A stretch of 64,000 nt of DNA from Christensenellales bacterium (GCA_051889995.1 JBJFDL010000002.1:239927-303926), one strand, 5' to 3'. Numbered from the stretch's first letter, positions 30,731-41,848 are shown. A program made the numbers and translations. The notes: a model not told the origin generated them from the letters alone.

Positions 30731-32346
30731 GCCTCCTTAAAACAAACGATTGTGCTATCTTCTTCCAAAGTGAAAATATATTCCATTTTATATTCTTTTG
30801 GCAAATTTAGTTCTGGTTTTTCTAATCTTATTCCGTCAAAAGTAATTTCAAATTCCCAAACATCTCGCTTTTTTATGGTTAGCCAAATATCAAGATTTTC
30901 TTTTTTGATTTTTGTTAGTAGTTCGTTGTAAATGTCATAAAACTTGTTCGCTGCGCTGATTGGAACAGGTTTTTCATCAAGTCCTATGCCGGCGTTTATT
31001 TTTAGCCATTTTAGGTCATTAAAACTTTCATTAAACAAAAGTCTTAATTCATCTTTTGATATTTCATTTTTTTGTTCAGCAAAAAGTATTAAACTTGTCT
31101 TTCGTTTTAAATACCCAACAACTATTTTAATTTCATTCAAAATTTCTTTAGTTTGGTTTTTGTTTTCTTTGGTTATCTTGGTTGGTAAGTTGTTTAATAA
31201 TTGTTCAAGCACAAATCTTTTATTTTTAATTTGCTTTTCAACTTTATTATAAAGCATTGTATGAAACTCTATTTGTTTTTCTTTTTGCAAAATTTCCTTA
31301 TTTTTTTTTAAAATTTTGTTAGAATATTCCAGTTTTTCAATTTCTTTTTTCAAATTATTTTGCAAACTTTTAAGTTTTCCCACATCTTTTAGCACAAGGA
31401 GTGTTCCTGAATTTAGTTTTTGTTTTTGTAAAAGCATATTTTTGCTTGCTTTTTGCTCTTCATATCTTGTGTTCTGATATTCAATATCCGCTTTCTCATT
31501 AACAATGGCAAGTGGTACGTTGCACGTTTCAAAAAATTCAAAGTATGCCCCGCTGTTTTTGACAAGTCCACATTTGAGCAAGACATACACAAGCAATGTC
31601 CCCAAAACTGTGTAGACAAGTGTCATATCAGAAAGATATGGAACGAAAATATCTGTCGCCACATACAAGATGCTATAAACAAGAACAAGAAGAATGACAA
31701 TGCTTGGTAATATTTTTTGTTTTATTGTTGTTTTTTTGAGCGAAAAAACATAAAACAGCACGATTGTTGTTAAAATTTCAAGAAATATAAAGGCATAAAT
31801 GACAAAATAACCAATATTATATTTATAATCTCCCACATGATTTCCTGCCACGTCATCTTGGAAAATAAACACAAATTGATGAAAATCATTTGTCAAAACA
31901 AGTAGGAATAGTAAAAAGGAAATTGAAAGAGAAATAATTGCCATAACATTTTTATATGTTTTGTTTTTAATGTAAATCTGATTGTTTGTGATAAACCACA
32001 TTGTTGGAATAAATAGCAAAGGAATATATAATAAATACCAAGTGTAATCGTTCTCATCATTGAAGCCCGACACTTTATCAAAAATTTTTATCCCCAGCCA
32101 GATCGCAAACAAGCAAAACAAAATGATAAAATATATTTTAGTTTTTTTGTCTATGATTTTAATAATGCTGTTAAACATAACAACCGCCAAGAATATCGCA
32201 ACCAAACAATAAATTAAGACGTCAGCTTTTCGGTTGCTTTCGCTTGCATCAGTTTTTCCAAAGACAAGCGCAAAAATAATGCAGAGCAAAACGCCAAGCA
32301 TAATCCCACCAACAATTAAATTCCTTTTGCAAAATATTTTATTCAT
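30721..32346 (-). CDS. multi-TM sensor with a degenerate kinase core
   Basis: About 8 TM segments, LVLTNDFHQFVF (HisKA_7TM-like); no recognisable H, N or G boxes. Confidence 0.7.
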   Translation of the reverse strand: MNKIFCKRNLIVGGIMLGVLLCIIFALVFGKTDASESNRKADVLIYCLVAIFLAVVMFNSIIKIIDKKTKIYFIILFCLFAIWLGIKIFDKVSGFNDENDYTWYLLYIPLLFIPTMWFITNNQIYIKNKTYKNVMAIISLSISFLLFLLVLTNDFHQFVFIFQDDVAGNHVGDYKYNIGYFVIYAFIFLEILTTIVLFYVFSLKKTTIKQKILPSIVILLVLVYSILYVATDIFVPYLSDMTLVYTVLGTLLVYVLLKCGLVKNSGAYFEFFETCNVPLAIVNEKADIEYQNTRYEEQKASKNMLLQKQKLNSGTLLVLKDVGKLKSLQNNLKKEIEKLEYSNKILKKNKEILQKEKQIEFHTMLYNKVEKQIKNKRFVLEQLLNNLPTKITKENKNQTKEILNEIKIVVGYLKRKTSLILFAEQKNEISKDELRLLFNESFNDLKWLKINAGIGLDEKPVPISAANKFYDIYNELLTKIKKENLDIWLTIKKRDVWEFEITFDGIRLEKPELNLPKEYKMEYIFTLEEDSTIVCFKEACV

Positions 32347-32399
32347 ATATTTATTATAGCATATTTATTTCTATTTTGTAGTTCTTTTAAGTATATATT

Positions 32400-32439
32400 A
32401 AAAAAAAGAGCCGTCTTTTAAAAAGAACAGCTCTTTTTT
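32400..32439 (-). terminator. intrinsic terminator
   Basis: AAAAAAAGAGC.GT...AC.GCTCTTTTTT hairpin. Confidence 0.65.
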
Positions 32440-32440
32440 G

Positions 32441-33325
32441 TTAAAATACAAGTGCATTTATCTGCTTGCCATCTTTTTCAAATGTCACAAAGCCGAAACT
32501 GCCCGCGCCACTCGTCGCTTTTAAGGTGTAGATAAAGCCTGGGTTTTCCTCCGTTCCGATTAGGGCGTTTGTTACAGTTGTTCCAATTTTTGTGTTTAGT
32601 TCTTCCGCACTGCCGATTTTTAAGACAAAGTCCAGCGTATGGAAGAAATCCGAGGTATCTTCAGCCGAAAGGTTATTCAGCTTAAGATATTTTGGAGTGA
32701 CAGTGTAGGCAAGCCCTTCGCCTTTTTCAATGCGAACAACGGAAGTTACATACAACGCATCTGGCACAATGCTTTTAAGCAAGTTGAAAGGAAAACCTTT
32801 CATATCGTTTTTGAATGGAGTACGGTCAAGTTTCACAGTCACATTCAGGTCGGCATTGCCCGTTTCCGCATCGATTTCGGTAAAGGCAATCTGCAAAATG
32901 CTTACAGAGATTTCTTTATCAGCTATTGTCAGCATCCCGCCAGTCAACTGATAAAAAACAATTTCGGCAAGCGCACCCGTCTGCTGTTCGGAAAGGGAAA
33001 CGATATTTGCAGTAGCACCAGACAATGCAAGCACTGTAAAATCGACCGTATAACCCTCATAGCCTTTACCTTCTTCATAAAGAATAACACTACCCAGCTG
33101 ACTATCGGTTTGCGATTTCAAAGCAGTAAAATCTTCGCTTTGATAAGCCAAAGGAAAGGATTCCTTTTCTTTTACAGGTTGGCTCAAAGTTTTTAACTGT
33201 CCTACAGTGCGAAACAAATCTACTCCTAAATTTACCCTAGCGGCGATATAAACACCTATCAATGACACCGCAACGATTCCTAAAATAACTACAACACTGA
33301 TAACTAGTTTCTTGATTGCACTCAT
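32441..33325 (-). CDS. N-terminally anchored hypothetical protein
   Basis: AGGAGG RBS; MSAIKKLVISVVVILGIVAVSLIG TM segment. Confidence 0.75.
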   Translation of the reverse strand: MSAIKKLVISVVVILGIVAVSLIGVYIAARVNLGVDLFRTVGQLKTLSQPVKEKESFPLAYQSEDFTALKSQTDSQLGSVILYEEGKGYEGYTVDFTVLALSGATANIVSLSEQQTGALAEIVFYQLTGGMLTIADKEISVSILQIAFTEIDAETGNADLNVTVKLDRTPFKNDMKGFPFNLLKSIVPDALYVTSVVRIEKGEGLAYTVTPKYLKLNNLSAEDTSDFFHTLDFVLKIGSAEELNTKIGTTVTNALIGTEENPGFIYTLKATSGAGSFGFVTFEKDGKQINALVF

Positions 33326-33338
33326 TTTTCCTCCTATT

Positions 33339-36300
33339 TTACTTCTTTTTGAATATAGCAATAAGGTCTGCAACCTTCTTTTTCTTTATTACAAACCAGA
33401 ATATTGCAAAGCCACCAAGCCCAACAAGTGCAACGGAGCCAACAACAATGCACGCAATCGCACCGCCTGAAAGTTCTGTTTTTTCTGATTGCTCAATAAC
33501 ATCATAAACTGCGGTGAGTATAACGTTTTCTGTTGCACTAAACGAATATGTTTCATCTTCGCTTACAATAGTCTGTCCGCCGTCAAGGCTCCAACCCTTG
33601 AACGTTTTTCCTGTGGAAGCTTCGTCCGCAACAACTGTAACAATGCCGTTTCTGTCAATCGTTACACTTGCTTCGCCGTTTATATTTCCGCCAACTACCG
33701 TTATAGTAATCTGCTCTACAAGAGCATCAACTGGCGCGATTTCTTTATATCTGCAAACAGAGCATTCGCGCTCTTTTTCGCCTGCAACTCCCACTTGAGG
33801 TTGAATGGTAACCGACCATTCTCCGAAAGTGTGTGTAGCAACATTTAGTTTTTCGCTACAACCTGAACACTTATGCCAATGATTCTCTTCATCCGAAAGC
33901 CATTCTTCCCCAGCTGTATGGGTGATATGACCTAGCGCAGGAGTGATGACATATCCGCATATCGTGCATTTGACAGCTTCGGTTTCTGTTGCCTCCTCAC
34001 GGTCAGATGTGTGAGGTGCGACGTCCACTTTCTCGCCACAAGAACAAATGTGATAATGCTTTGTCGAATCGGTCAACCATTCCACACTGCTGGTTGTATG
34101 GAATTCGTAAACTGATGTAATTGTTACATTTTCGCAAGGCACGGTAAATTCAGTTTGTTTAGCAGTTTTATCCACAAACGTTCCTGCGCCCGATACCGAC
34201 CATTCTTTGAAATGGTAACCACTTTCTGCCGTTTCTGCCGTTAAATTTATTGTTTCTCCCGCAATAACCTTGTATTGCGTTACCATTCCCTTTTGACTGA
34301 CAATTATAAGCGATATAATAGTAACAGTTTTAGTTACGTATTTTGTGTTGTCTTGTTTAGATATTGCCTTTATGGTGATTGTGGACGCACTCTCGTTTGT
34401 TGCAATGGTTAGCACACCATCGCTTGAAATGCTAGTGCCTGCTAAGCCGCCTTCCACGCTCCAAGTAACCGTGTTGTCAAACGCACCTGTACCACTCACA
34501 GTTGCTGTAAGCGAATAATTTTCGCCTCTTTGCACATTGACTTCGGAAAACAAAATCTGCACATCGGTAACTGTTACTGGGATTGTTGTATCTGCCGCTG
34601 TAAACGTTACTCTACGCTGTCTTGCTCCACCGACAGTAACTGCCGCCGACAATCCGGTTGCATTTCCGTTGAGTGTAAACGTGGACCAATACTTGTCATC
34701 CATTTCATGGTAAACGTAAGAACCAACAGCTGTAAACTCGATTTCAATCGCATACTCGTGTTCTGCGACAAACTTACTATCTTTTGGATATTGTCCGCCG
34801 TCGGTGTTCAAAGCCTCGTTTGTTAAATCAAACACGCGCCATAGCGCAACCGTGTATTTTGACGTATCAAGCGATGTAAAGACAAGATCGTTTGCTGTCA
34901 ACTGATCAGTGATTGCTGCTGGCTCCATTGTTGCTTGACTTACTCTTATGTATTTGCCTGCTGGAATAACCGTGCCGTCTTCCGATTTAGCACCACACAC
35001 CGAGCAGTATTTGTCGCCAGTGTATCCATCCGTATCAAACGTGGCTTCAGCTGCATTCTTCAACTCTCCATTGGTATCGTGCGAAGCTTCGTTTCCATGA
35101 ACTGCACATCCCGTATCTTTACAAGGATTCCAGTGTTTTGTCGTGTCGTATTCCCATGTGGAAGTGTCAAAGTCATGCTCTGTAACAACAAACTTGACGA
35201 TAGCGGATGCAACAACATCTGTTGTTCCGAACTGAGTGTATTCCGCTGTGCCAGTGAACTTTATCGTGGCAGTGTAAATGCCCACAGACAAACCACTGTT
35301 GGGTTTTACGCTCCAACTCGAAGTATTTTCAGCGCCCGCTACGATGGAACCGGGGTTAGAATAAAAACCTAACGTGAAAGAACTTGCGTTTTCACCTTCG
35401 AGAGTAATGGAATTAAGGTTGCAGTTGATTTTCCCCGTACCCGTATTGGCAACGCGGATTGGAACTTGCGTAACAGAAGAATATCCCACTCTCACCGTGC
35501 CAAAATCCATGTTATCTACGGTTGCACTGTAAGTAGGTGTGGCAACCGCGCCGATATTTACGGTGATAGTCTTTGAATATCCGCCTTTATCTGTCACTTT
35601 TACAGTGATTTCCGTGGCTTCGCTTACGCCTCTGTTGTTTGGAGTGACATATATTTTATTCTTGTCGGTTTCGGTCGTAATAATACCGACGCCGCTTGTA
35701 TTCCCGTCTGCCGCACTTGCGATAGAGAAGGTGTATTCTCCGCTACCACCACTTGCCGAAAATGCGATAGAAGAAAGGGCAACGTCACCGCCGTAAACAG
35801 AATCTGCAACATCGAACTCCGCCTTGTCTTCAAAGGTCAAAGGCGTTGCGAGCTTTGCGTAAGAATAGTTTTTGAAACTTACGCCATTGGTGCACTTATC
35901 CCAAACATGGACAATACAGTCGTCGTTTTCAAAATACTGTTCGTCCGACAAGACTTTAGTCCACTTTTCTATCTTTGCGTTGTCATTTGCCACAAGGGAA
36001 AATGCGGTAAGCGTCGAGCCGTTTCTTCCGGGACATACGGAAGTTATGTTTGCATTCGTTCCTATCAAGCAACCGCTATATGTTGCTGAAGATACGTTCA
36101 CGTCTCTCCAAGTATCGTAAGTAGAACCCGACCCCGTATACTCCATCTTGATATCAACCGTGCTATTGAAAGCGACGTTGCCTTTGGCAAAAATACCGTA
36201 GGTCTGATAATCTTTGTCGCATTTTAAGTCGATATTCAATGTTGCATTCTCGTTTACGGTCACGTTGCCCGAACTGGTGGCGTCCGTATTCATGTAAATT

Positions 36301-36851
36301 GCATCAACCGAACCATTTTTATCAGCCACTTCGCCGTAAACTTTAACGGTTACCGTGCAACTCTCGTCAAACACCAAATTGCCGTTGTTTTTCAAACCGC
36401 TTTCACCGTCCATGTAAATACCGCGCATATACACTTGGCTTGTTGCGGTAGCTTGATAGTCTATGGTGAGCGAACCGCTACCCTTGAACGTCAGCGTGGA
36501 AACGTTGTATGTGCTGAATGCCTTGCTTCCGTATGGCGCAGTGACGGTGATTTTGTTGTCGCCGACAAGCACTATATCCACATTGCCGTTGTTGACTCCT
36601 CCGATTGAGATTTCTTCACCGTCATAACCGTTGAGCGTGAGCGTGCCGTTATAACTCGCGTCGGTCTCCCACGTCCAACCCGTGCCGGATTTGTCAATCG
36701 AACCGCACGTGACTTGCAGATACGGACTTGACGAATCCGCATAAACAACTAATGCGGTCGACTTTATCGCCACCATAGTTGCAATGCCGAAAAGCATACA
36801 GACAAACAGAAGCAAGCAACCGATTATGTTATTCCTTGATTTTGTATTCAT
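33339..36851 (-). CDS. large cell-surface protein (beta-rich N-terminus, Ig-like domains, His/Cys repeats, C-terminal TM)
   Basis: Signal peptide; HYHICSCG/HWHKCSGC repeats; FKGWS/FKEWS B-repeat-like modules; C-terminal TM + KKKK. Confidence 0.85.
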   Translation of the reverse strand: MNTKSRNNIIGCLLLFVCMLFGIATMVAIKSTALVVYADSSSPYLQVTCGSIDKSGTGWTWETDASYNGTLTLNGYDGEEISIGGVNNGNVDIVLVGDNKITVTAPYGSKAFSTYNVSTLTFKGSGSLTIDYQATATSQVYMRGIYMDGESGLKNNGNLVFDESCTVTVKVYGEVADKNGSVDAIYMNTDATSSGNVTVNENATLNIDLKCDKDYQTYGIFAKGNVAFNSTVDIKMEYTGSGSTYDTWRDVNVSSATYSGCLIGTNANITSVCPGRNGSTLTAFSLVANDNAKIEKWTKVLSDEQYFENDDCIVHVWDKCTNGVSFKNYSYAKLATPLTFEDKAEFDVADSVYGGDVALSSIAFSASGGSGEYTFSIASAADGNTSGVGIITTETDKNKIYVTPNNRGVSEATEITVKVTDKGGYSKTITVNIGAVATPTYSATVDNMDFGTVRVGYSSVTQVPIRVANTGTGKINCNLNSITLEGENASSFTLGFYSNPGSIVAGAENTSSWSVKPNSGLSVGIYTATIKFTGTAEYTQFGTTDVVASAIVKFVVTEHDFDTSTWEYDTTKHWNPCKDTGCAVHGNEASHDTNGELKNAAEATFDTDGYTGDKYCSVCGAKSEDGTVIPAGKYIRVSQATMEPAAITDQLTANDLVFTSLDTSKYTVALWRVFDLTNEALNTDGGQYPKDSKFVAEHEYAIEIEFTAVGSYVYHEMDDKYWSTFTLNGNATGLSAAVTVGGARQRRVTFTAADTTIPVTVTDVQILFSEVNVQRGENYSLTATVSGTGAFDNTVTWSVEGGLAGTSISSDGVLTIATNESASTITIKAISKQDNTKYVTKTVTIISLIIVSQKGMVTQYKVIAGETINLTAETAESGYHFKEWSVSGAGTFVDKTAKQTEFTVPCENVTITSVYEFHTTSSVEWLTDSTKHYHICSCGEKVDVAPHTSDREEATETEAVKCTICGYVITPALGHITHTAGEEWLSDEENHWHKCSGCSEKLNVATHTFGEWSVTIQPQVGVAGEKERECSVCRYKEIAPVDALVEQITITVVGGNINGEASVTIDRNGIVTVVADEASTGKTFKGWSLDGGQTIVSEDETYSFSATENVILTAVYDVIEQSEKTELSGGAIACIVVGSVALVGLGGFAIFWFVIKKKKVADLIAIFKKK

Positions 36852-36927
36852 TTTTCACCTCATAAAGATGTTTTTTGTTACACTCGCCCTTTGCGAACTT
36901 ATTTACATTTCTTTTGCCTTGAAAAGT

Positions 36928-36964
36928 AATATACGCAAACGTCGAAAACAGCGTTTGCGTATAC
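36928..36964 (-). terminator. stem-loop between the surface-protein genes
   Basis: TATACGCAAACG...CGTTTGCGTATA. Confidence 0.55.
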
Positions 36965-37014
36965 TTTACATTTTGTCATTTTTATCAAGTCTATTTTCAA
37001 ATCGTTTCATTCTA

Positions 37015-38022
37015 TTAGACAAGGCTTGCGCTTACCGTCACACCCGTTTGTTTTGTTGCGGTATAGATGACGATATAATATGTTCCTGCTGCAGGTGCGC
37101 TGTAATAGGTGTCGCTGTCACCTTCTTGTTTTTCAACAGGGTTGCCGTTTGCATCAAGGAATTGCCAGGTCAGACCGGTTGCGGGAGATGCACCAAGTTG
37201 CAAATCTGTACCATAGTAACCTCCCTCCAGCATTTCATCCGTCAGAGTAAGTTTGAAATAGTTATATGCGTCGTTCCATAATGCTACATTTGTTTTTGAG
37301 AAAGTTCCTTCACTATATTCAAGAGTTTGGTATGAGTTTGAGGGATAGTGTGTAACTATCATCTCATATTCTCCTGGAGTAACAAAAGGCATTTCAAGAT
37401 ATTTGACACCATTTTCTAACAATTTTCTGACGATTTCTGGAGTGTCGCTCGAGGTTTCCACCGCCCCAAATTGACCAGCTGCACGAGTGTACATACCAGT
37501 TTTAATAAGTTGTTTGTTTGCATCATAAATCTTGGCTTGTGCATGGGTTGTATCTGTTTGTTGCAAACCGCCACCGACTTTATTCATATTTATCCAGTAG
37601 TAGCCGTTTGCGAAACCACAATTCTTCACTTCATAGCGGAAGTAATAGGCACCCGCCTCGGTCACGGTAAATCTGACTTTCGTCTGCTCTTCGGCATCCG
37701 ATTCCGTGTAGTTTACGTCGATATACTCCATTGAGAAGGATTCCGTTCTTGTTTTTTTGCAAACGGAGCAGGTGTAGGTTTTTTCACCATCTTCTAGAAA
37801 TGTCGCCTCTTTTGTAACAACACCATCACCCCAACTGTGCTCTGCTTTATCAAGTATTTCTTTACATTTTGAATTTTCACAAACGTGCCAGTGATATGTT
37901 GCATCATTTGACCATTCTGTTATTGCTGTGTGTTTATGTCCACAAGCCGAAAGCATAAACATTGCTGGGACAACTAAACATACTGCCAAAACTAATGTTA
38001 ATAAAGATTTTTTCGTTGTCAT
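37015..38022 (-). CDS. lipoprotein with a His/Cys repeat
   Basis: Lipobox LSAC; HWHVC...HSWGDG...ATFLEDGEKTYTCSVC. Confidence 0.82.
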   Translation of the reverse strand: MTTKKSLLTLVLAVCLVVPAMFMLSACGHKHTAITEWSNDATYHWHVCENSKCKEILDKAEHSWGDGVVTKEATFLEDGEKTYTCSVCKKTRTESFSMEYIDVNYTESDAEEQTKVRFTVTEAGAYYFRYEVKNCGFANGYYWINMNKVGGGLQQTDTTHAQAKIYDANKQLIKTGMYTRAAGQFGAVETSSDTPEIVRKLLENGVKYLEMPFVTPGEYEMIVTHYPSNSYQTLEYSEGTFSKTNVALWNDAYNYFKLTLTDEMLEGGYYGTDLQLGASPATGLTWQFLDANGNPVEKQEGDSDTYYSAPAAGTYYIVIYTATKQTGVTVSASLV

Positions 38023-38080
38023 TTTTTATTCTCCTTTTTTTTACATGATTATTATAACATATAGTTTGCAAAATTGTTGG

Positions 38081-38124
38081 GGACTTAAGTCCAAACTTTT
38101 GTATTAAAAAAAGGACAAAAGTCC
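38081..38124. promoter_or_regulatory. two GGAC-N4-GTCC palindromes, putative response-regulator boxes
   Basis: GGACTTAAGTCC (38081) and GGACAAAAGTCC (38113), starts 32 bp apart, in the divergent intergenic region. Confidence 0.55.
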
Positions 38125-38178
38125 TATGATATAATGTAAATTTTATGATATAATATAAAAAAATAATTTGGAGCGAAA

Positions 38179-38790
38179 ATGGATAAAATTAGAGTTTTGC
38201 TTGTTGAAGACCAAGATTTGCTTTTAGACGGAATGTCATTGTCACTGGAAGCGAGTGGTGAAATTGAGATTGTGGGAAAGTTTAAAGACATTGCCGATTA
38301 TTTTACATTTGAAAATAGAAATAATATTGATGTAATTCTCACCGATGTTTGCTGTGCTAATAATCACAATAGTATAGATTTTGTTAAGGAAATAAAAGAA
38401 GATAATCCTAGCATCAAAATTGTTATGATGACATCGGTTATGGAAATGAGCTTTATCGATAGGGCTAAAAATGCCAGTGCTGATAGTTTTGTTTATAAAA
38501 CAATTCCAACAAAAGAACTGGTAACTATTATTCACAATGTAATGAATGGATATGGAACTTTTCCTATAAGCAAAAAAGAAGAAATATCTTTTTTGAAAGA
38601 TTTAACAGACAAAGAACTCAACATTATAAGGTTATATTGCCAAGGCAATAACAGAAAAGAGATTGCACAAAAATTATCTTTTTCTGAATCCACAATAAAA
38701 AACATAATCACACTAATTTTAGAAAAAACAGGCTTTGCTTCAATGTCTAAATTCGCAATTTGGCTTATGCAAAACGGATTTATTGTATAA
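38179..38790 (+). CDS. NarL/FixJ family response regulator
   Basis: REC domain (LLVEDQ, ILTD, MMTS, FVYK) + LuxR HTH (LTDKE...EIAQKLSFSESTIKN). Confidence 0.92.
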   Translation: MDKIRVLLVEDQDLLLDGMSLSLEASGEIEIVGKFKDIADYFTFENRNNIDVILTDVCCANNHNSIDFVKEIKEDNPSIKIVMMTSVMEMSFIDRAKNASADSFVYKTIPTKELVTIIHNVMNGYGTFPISKKEEISFLKDLTDKELNIIRLYCQGNNRKEIAQKLSFSESTIKNIITLILEKTGFASMSKFAIWLMQNGFIV

Positions 38791-39077
38791 TTTTCAAGTT
38801 ATATTTTCTATGCAAATTAGATATTGTCTTTTTCATCTTTAATATTTTTAAAATTCTGGGTGCTTGTTTTATTTCAATTTTTTTGTTTCTTTTCCTTTAA
38901 TCGTTCTACTCTTTGATGTATCATTTCTTCCAATTACTCCATCTCTAGTTCTTCTAGAGTTTTTTCAGTTATTAGTAAAAAATAACATTTATTGATTAAA
39001 CACAAAAAAGTTGCAATATTTTATAAAATATGTTAATATATGTAGTTAATATATGTATCTATAAAAAGGAGGCAAGT

Positions 39078-39770
39078 ATGCCTAAGATTTTTGGATGGCA
39101 ACATATAACTTATTTAATTATCTTTGTTTTAGTTGCAATTCTTACAATAATATTAGCAAAAAAATACTTAAAGACTGAAAAACAGCAGACTATCCTTATT
39201 AAAGTCATTGCTGTTATGTTGTTTATGAGTGTGATTGCGTGCAGAATTGGAATTTCGATTCATAATGGCTGGAAATATTTTTTACCTAACACACTTTGCA
39301 GTCTTACTAGTTTGCTTTTCTCAATTATTGTAATTTTTGGAAAACCCAACATGAAAATTTATCACTGTTTATGGTATATGGCACTCGTGGGTGGCATCAT
39401 TACATTAATTTATCCTGACTTTATTGGTCAAAATGAATCTTTCTTTTATTTAGATACTTTCACGTCTTTCTTGCATCATTCATTTTGCATACTTTTATGC
39501 GTAGTAATGCTCTATTTTAATTGGTTCAAACCTGAAATTAAAAAAAGTTATTATTTCCCGATGGTATTTTGCTTGTATATAGTTTGGGGATTGTTTGATA
39601 TTAAAATTTTAAAAGTACATGACTCAATGTCTATAAATTTTCCTTTGCTAAGTGGAACATGTTTAAACTGCTGGTTTATTCTGGCTATCGGCACAATATT
39701 GGTTGTCGTTTTTAATTTGATTATTGAATTGATTAGGTCTATAAAAAAGAAAAGATTAAAAAATAAATAA
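39078..39770 (+). CDS. YwaF-like integral membrane protein
   Basis: AAGGAGG RBS; FGWQHI, LPNTLCS, GGIITLIYP, SFLHHS; multiple TMs. Confidence 0.7.
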   Translation: MPKIFGWQHITYLIIFVLVAILTIILAKKYLKTEKQQTILIKVIAVMLFMSVIACRIGISIHNGWKYFLPNTLCSLTSLLFSIIVIFGKPNMKIYHCLWYMALVGGIITLIYPDFIGQNESFFYLDTFTSFLHHSFCILLCVVMLYFNWFKPEIKKSYYFPMVFCLYIVWGLFDIKILKVHDSMSINFPLLSGTCLNCWFILAIGTILVVVFNLIIELIRSIKKKRLKNK

Positions 39771-39977
39771 AATTAAATAATTTTGAGGCTCTCAAAAAAA
39801 TTATACATTTTTTAGTAGATTCAATTAAAATTCTTTAATGCTATTTTTTTCCATATTTATTTTCTAATAAGTTTTTTCTTTAATTCCTATACTTATCATT
39901 TCACTTCAAAGTATAACATAAAATTTATAAATTTGTGGTTTTTTAACTCAATACTTATATGACACTTTATACACAAT

Positions 39978-40529
39978 TTACATCTTAAAATCTTTTCTTG
40001 TTAGTGCATACATATACATATCGTGGTAACCATCTGAGAGCTTTATATATTCTTTCAAAACACCTTCTTGATTTAATCCACACTTTTCCATAACCCTTTT
40101 TGAAGCAATATTTGCTCTAGCACAGCCCCTTCAAAGCGATTAATTTTCATTTTATTAAATGCAAATTCTTTAACACCATTAAGAGCTTCAGTCATATACC
40201 CTCTATTAGTAAACCTATTTATTATCTATAGCATAATTAAACATCACACTATCATTTTATAAATTAACATTTAGATTAATCGCACCAATCATTTGATTTG
40301 TATCTTTTAAGATTATCAACCAGTTATAATAATCTTTATTTTTATACTTTTCTTCTATCCCTACTAATGACTCTTTCTGCTCCTGCAAAGAAATAGCCTT
40401 TTTATTTGTATAATACAAAAACTCCTTTTGGTTTCTAAATCCATCATATATTTCTTCAGAATCTTGTTCAGTAAGATGTCTAAGTATAAGTCTTTCAGTT
40501 TTAATTAACAAAGTACCGATATGTTTCAT
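39978..40529 (-). pseudogene. RimJ/RimL GNAT acetyltransferase, frameshifted
   Basis: MKHIGTLLIKTERLILR... then RGYMTEAL...NIASKRVMEKCG..EGVLKE...DFKM* in other frames. Confidence 0.8.
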
Positions 40530-40627
40530 TATTTTCGTCTCATTTTGAAAATTATGTCATAATTTTTAAACTTGTATATGATTTTAATTTGTCGTTAATA
40601 GCATTTTTGATAGTTTTAATTTTTATT

Positions 40628-41683
40628 TTACATTAAACTTTTTGAAATATTTATACTCTCTTCAATTTTTGTGTTAAAACTTAATAGTTCCATTATCTTT
40701 TGCATTTGTCCATCACATGTGATAAGGTAATCTATGTCTTTTGCCAAAGTAAAATCTCTTATTATTAAATAATCCATAAAATTATTTGTTTTTAAATTTG
40801 CTTCATCATACAATAAATTTTTTAACATATATTTAAACCATTCTTTTTCTATACTGTCAGATTGAACAAATATTGCACACACAATATCATTAAAAAAACA
40901 TTCAGCATCTTCTTTTGTGGGAAATCTTGGTTTAAAAATAAGTTTATACATGTTTGGTAATATGGGTTCTTTTTGATTATGCGATCCTTCCATCACAAAA
41001 CGCATACAACAATTCATAAAATCTTCTTTTTTAAATTCTTTTAAAAGTAATTCAAAATATACTTCAGTTTCCATAAAATCTTTATTTGATTTTTTACGTC
41101 GTTCTTCGAAGTTCAAAATTGTAAACTGAAAAGAACTTAATAAGCAAGCATATAAATTTTTTAGATTTTTTTCAAAAAATAAGTTACTAGAAAGATTCTT
41201 CTCCATAACTAATCTAACATGGTTATCAATTATTGGTAGTAACTTACCAATAAATGCACTTAATTTTTGATAGTATCCTTCTTCTGGGTTTTCTTTAAAT
41301 AAAAAGGCAATAAAATAGTTGATAGTGGACAAAAAACTAAACAATCTAGAATAAACAGGGATTATTGCCTTTGATAGTTTATTCCTTACAATAACTCTGT
41401 TTGCTTGGGTGTTGTGAGATAAATTCAAACTATCTTCAAAAGTTGATCTCATTGTGTCATTGCAACAAATCTTAATATTCTTTTTTTGTAGCATATTTAA
41501 AATGTTACCAAGTTGGTCTAATGTGATATGTGTATTATTATATATCTCAAAAATAGAATATAAATTTACTAAACATTCGCTATTGTTACACAATTCTTTA
41601 ATTTTGTTTAAATCGTATTTATTTTTCTCTATGCCTGAAAGTAAATATATTATATTGGTATCTAATAGTATTTTTTTATCCAT
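40628..41683 (-). CDS. PIN-domain-like protein
   Basis: ILLDTNII, SIFE, NNFMDYLI, LITCD. Confidence 0.6.
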   Translation of the reverse strand: MDKKILLDTNIIYLLSGIEKNKYDLNKIKELCNNSECLVNLYSIFEIYNNTHITLDQLGNILNMLQKKNIKICCNDTMRSTFEDSLNLSHNTQANRVIVRNKLSKAIIPVYSRLFSFLSTINYFIAFLFKENPEEGYYQKLSAFIGKLLPIIDNHVRLVMEKNLSSNLFFEKNLKNLYACLLSSFQFTILNFEERRKKSNKDFMETEVYFELLLKEFKKEDFMNCCMRFVMEGSHNQKEPILPNMYKLIFKPRFPTKEDAECFFNDIVCAIFVQSDSIEKEWFKYMLKNLLYDEANLKTNNFMDYLIIRDFTLAKDIDYLITCDGQMQKIMELLSFNTKIEESINISKSLM

Positions 41684-41848
41684 TGTTTACCTTCTGTTTA
41701 AGTTTTCCTTATTTTTATTTATCCTAATTTGTTTTTAACTTTTTACTCTTTTTAATATTTTTTCTAAAGCCGGTATTCTTATGTGTCCATCGTTTGGAAA
41801 TTAAACATACGTTCTTCTTTAAACCATAATTTTAGTGGTAAATTATGT

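Noticed and set aside
32639-37734. Numerous 60-185 aa plus-strand ORFs
   Set aside because: Antisense shadows of long minus-strand genes in the GC-richer segment.
38820-38975. Possible integrase C-terminal remnant (charged helical fragment on the minus strand)
   Set aside because: Low-complexity Glu/Lys similarity only, with stops; insufficient to call.
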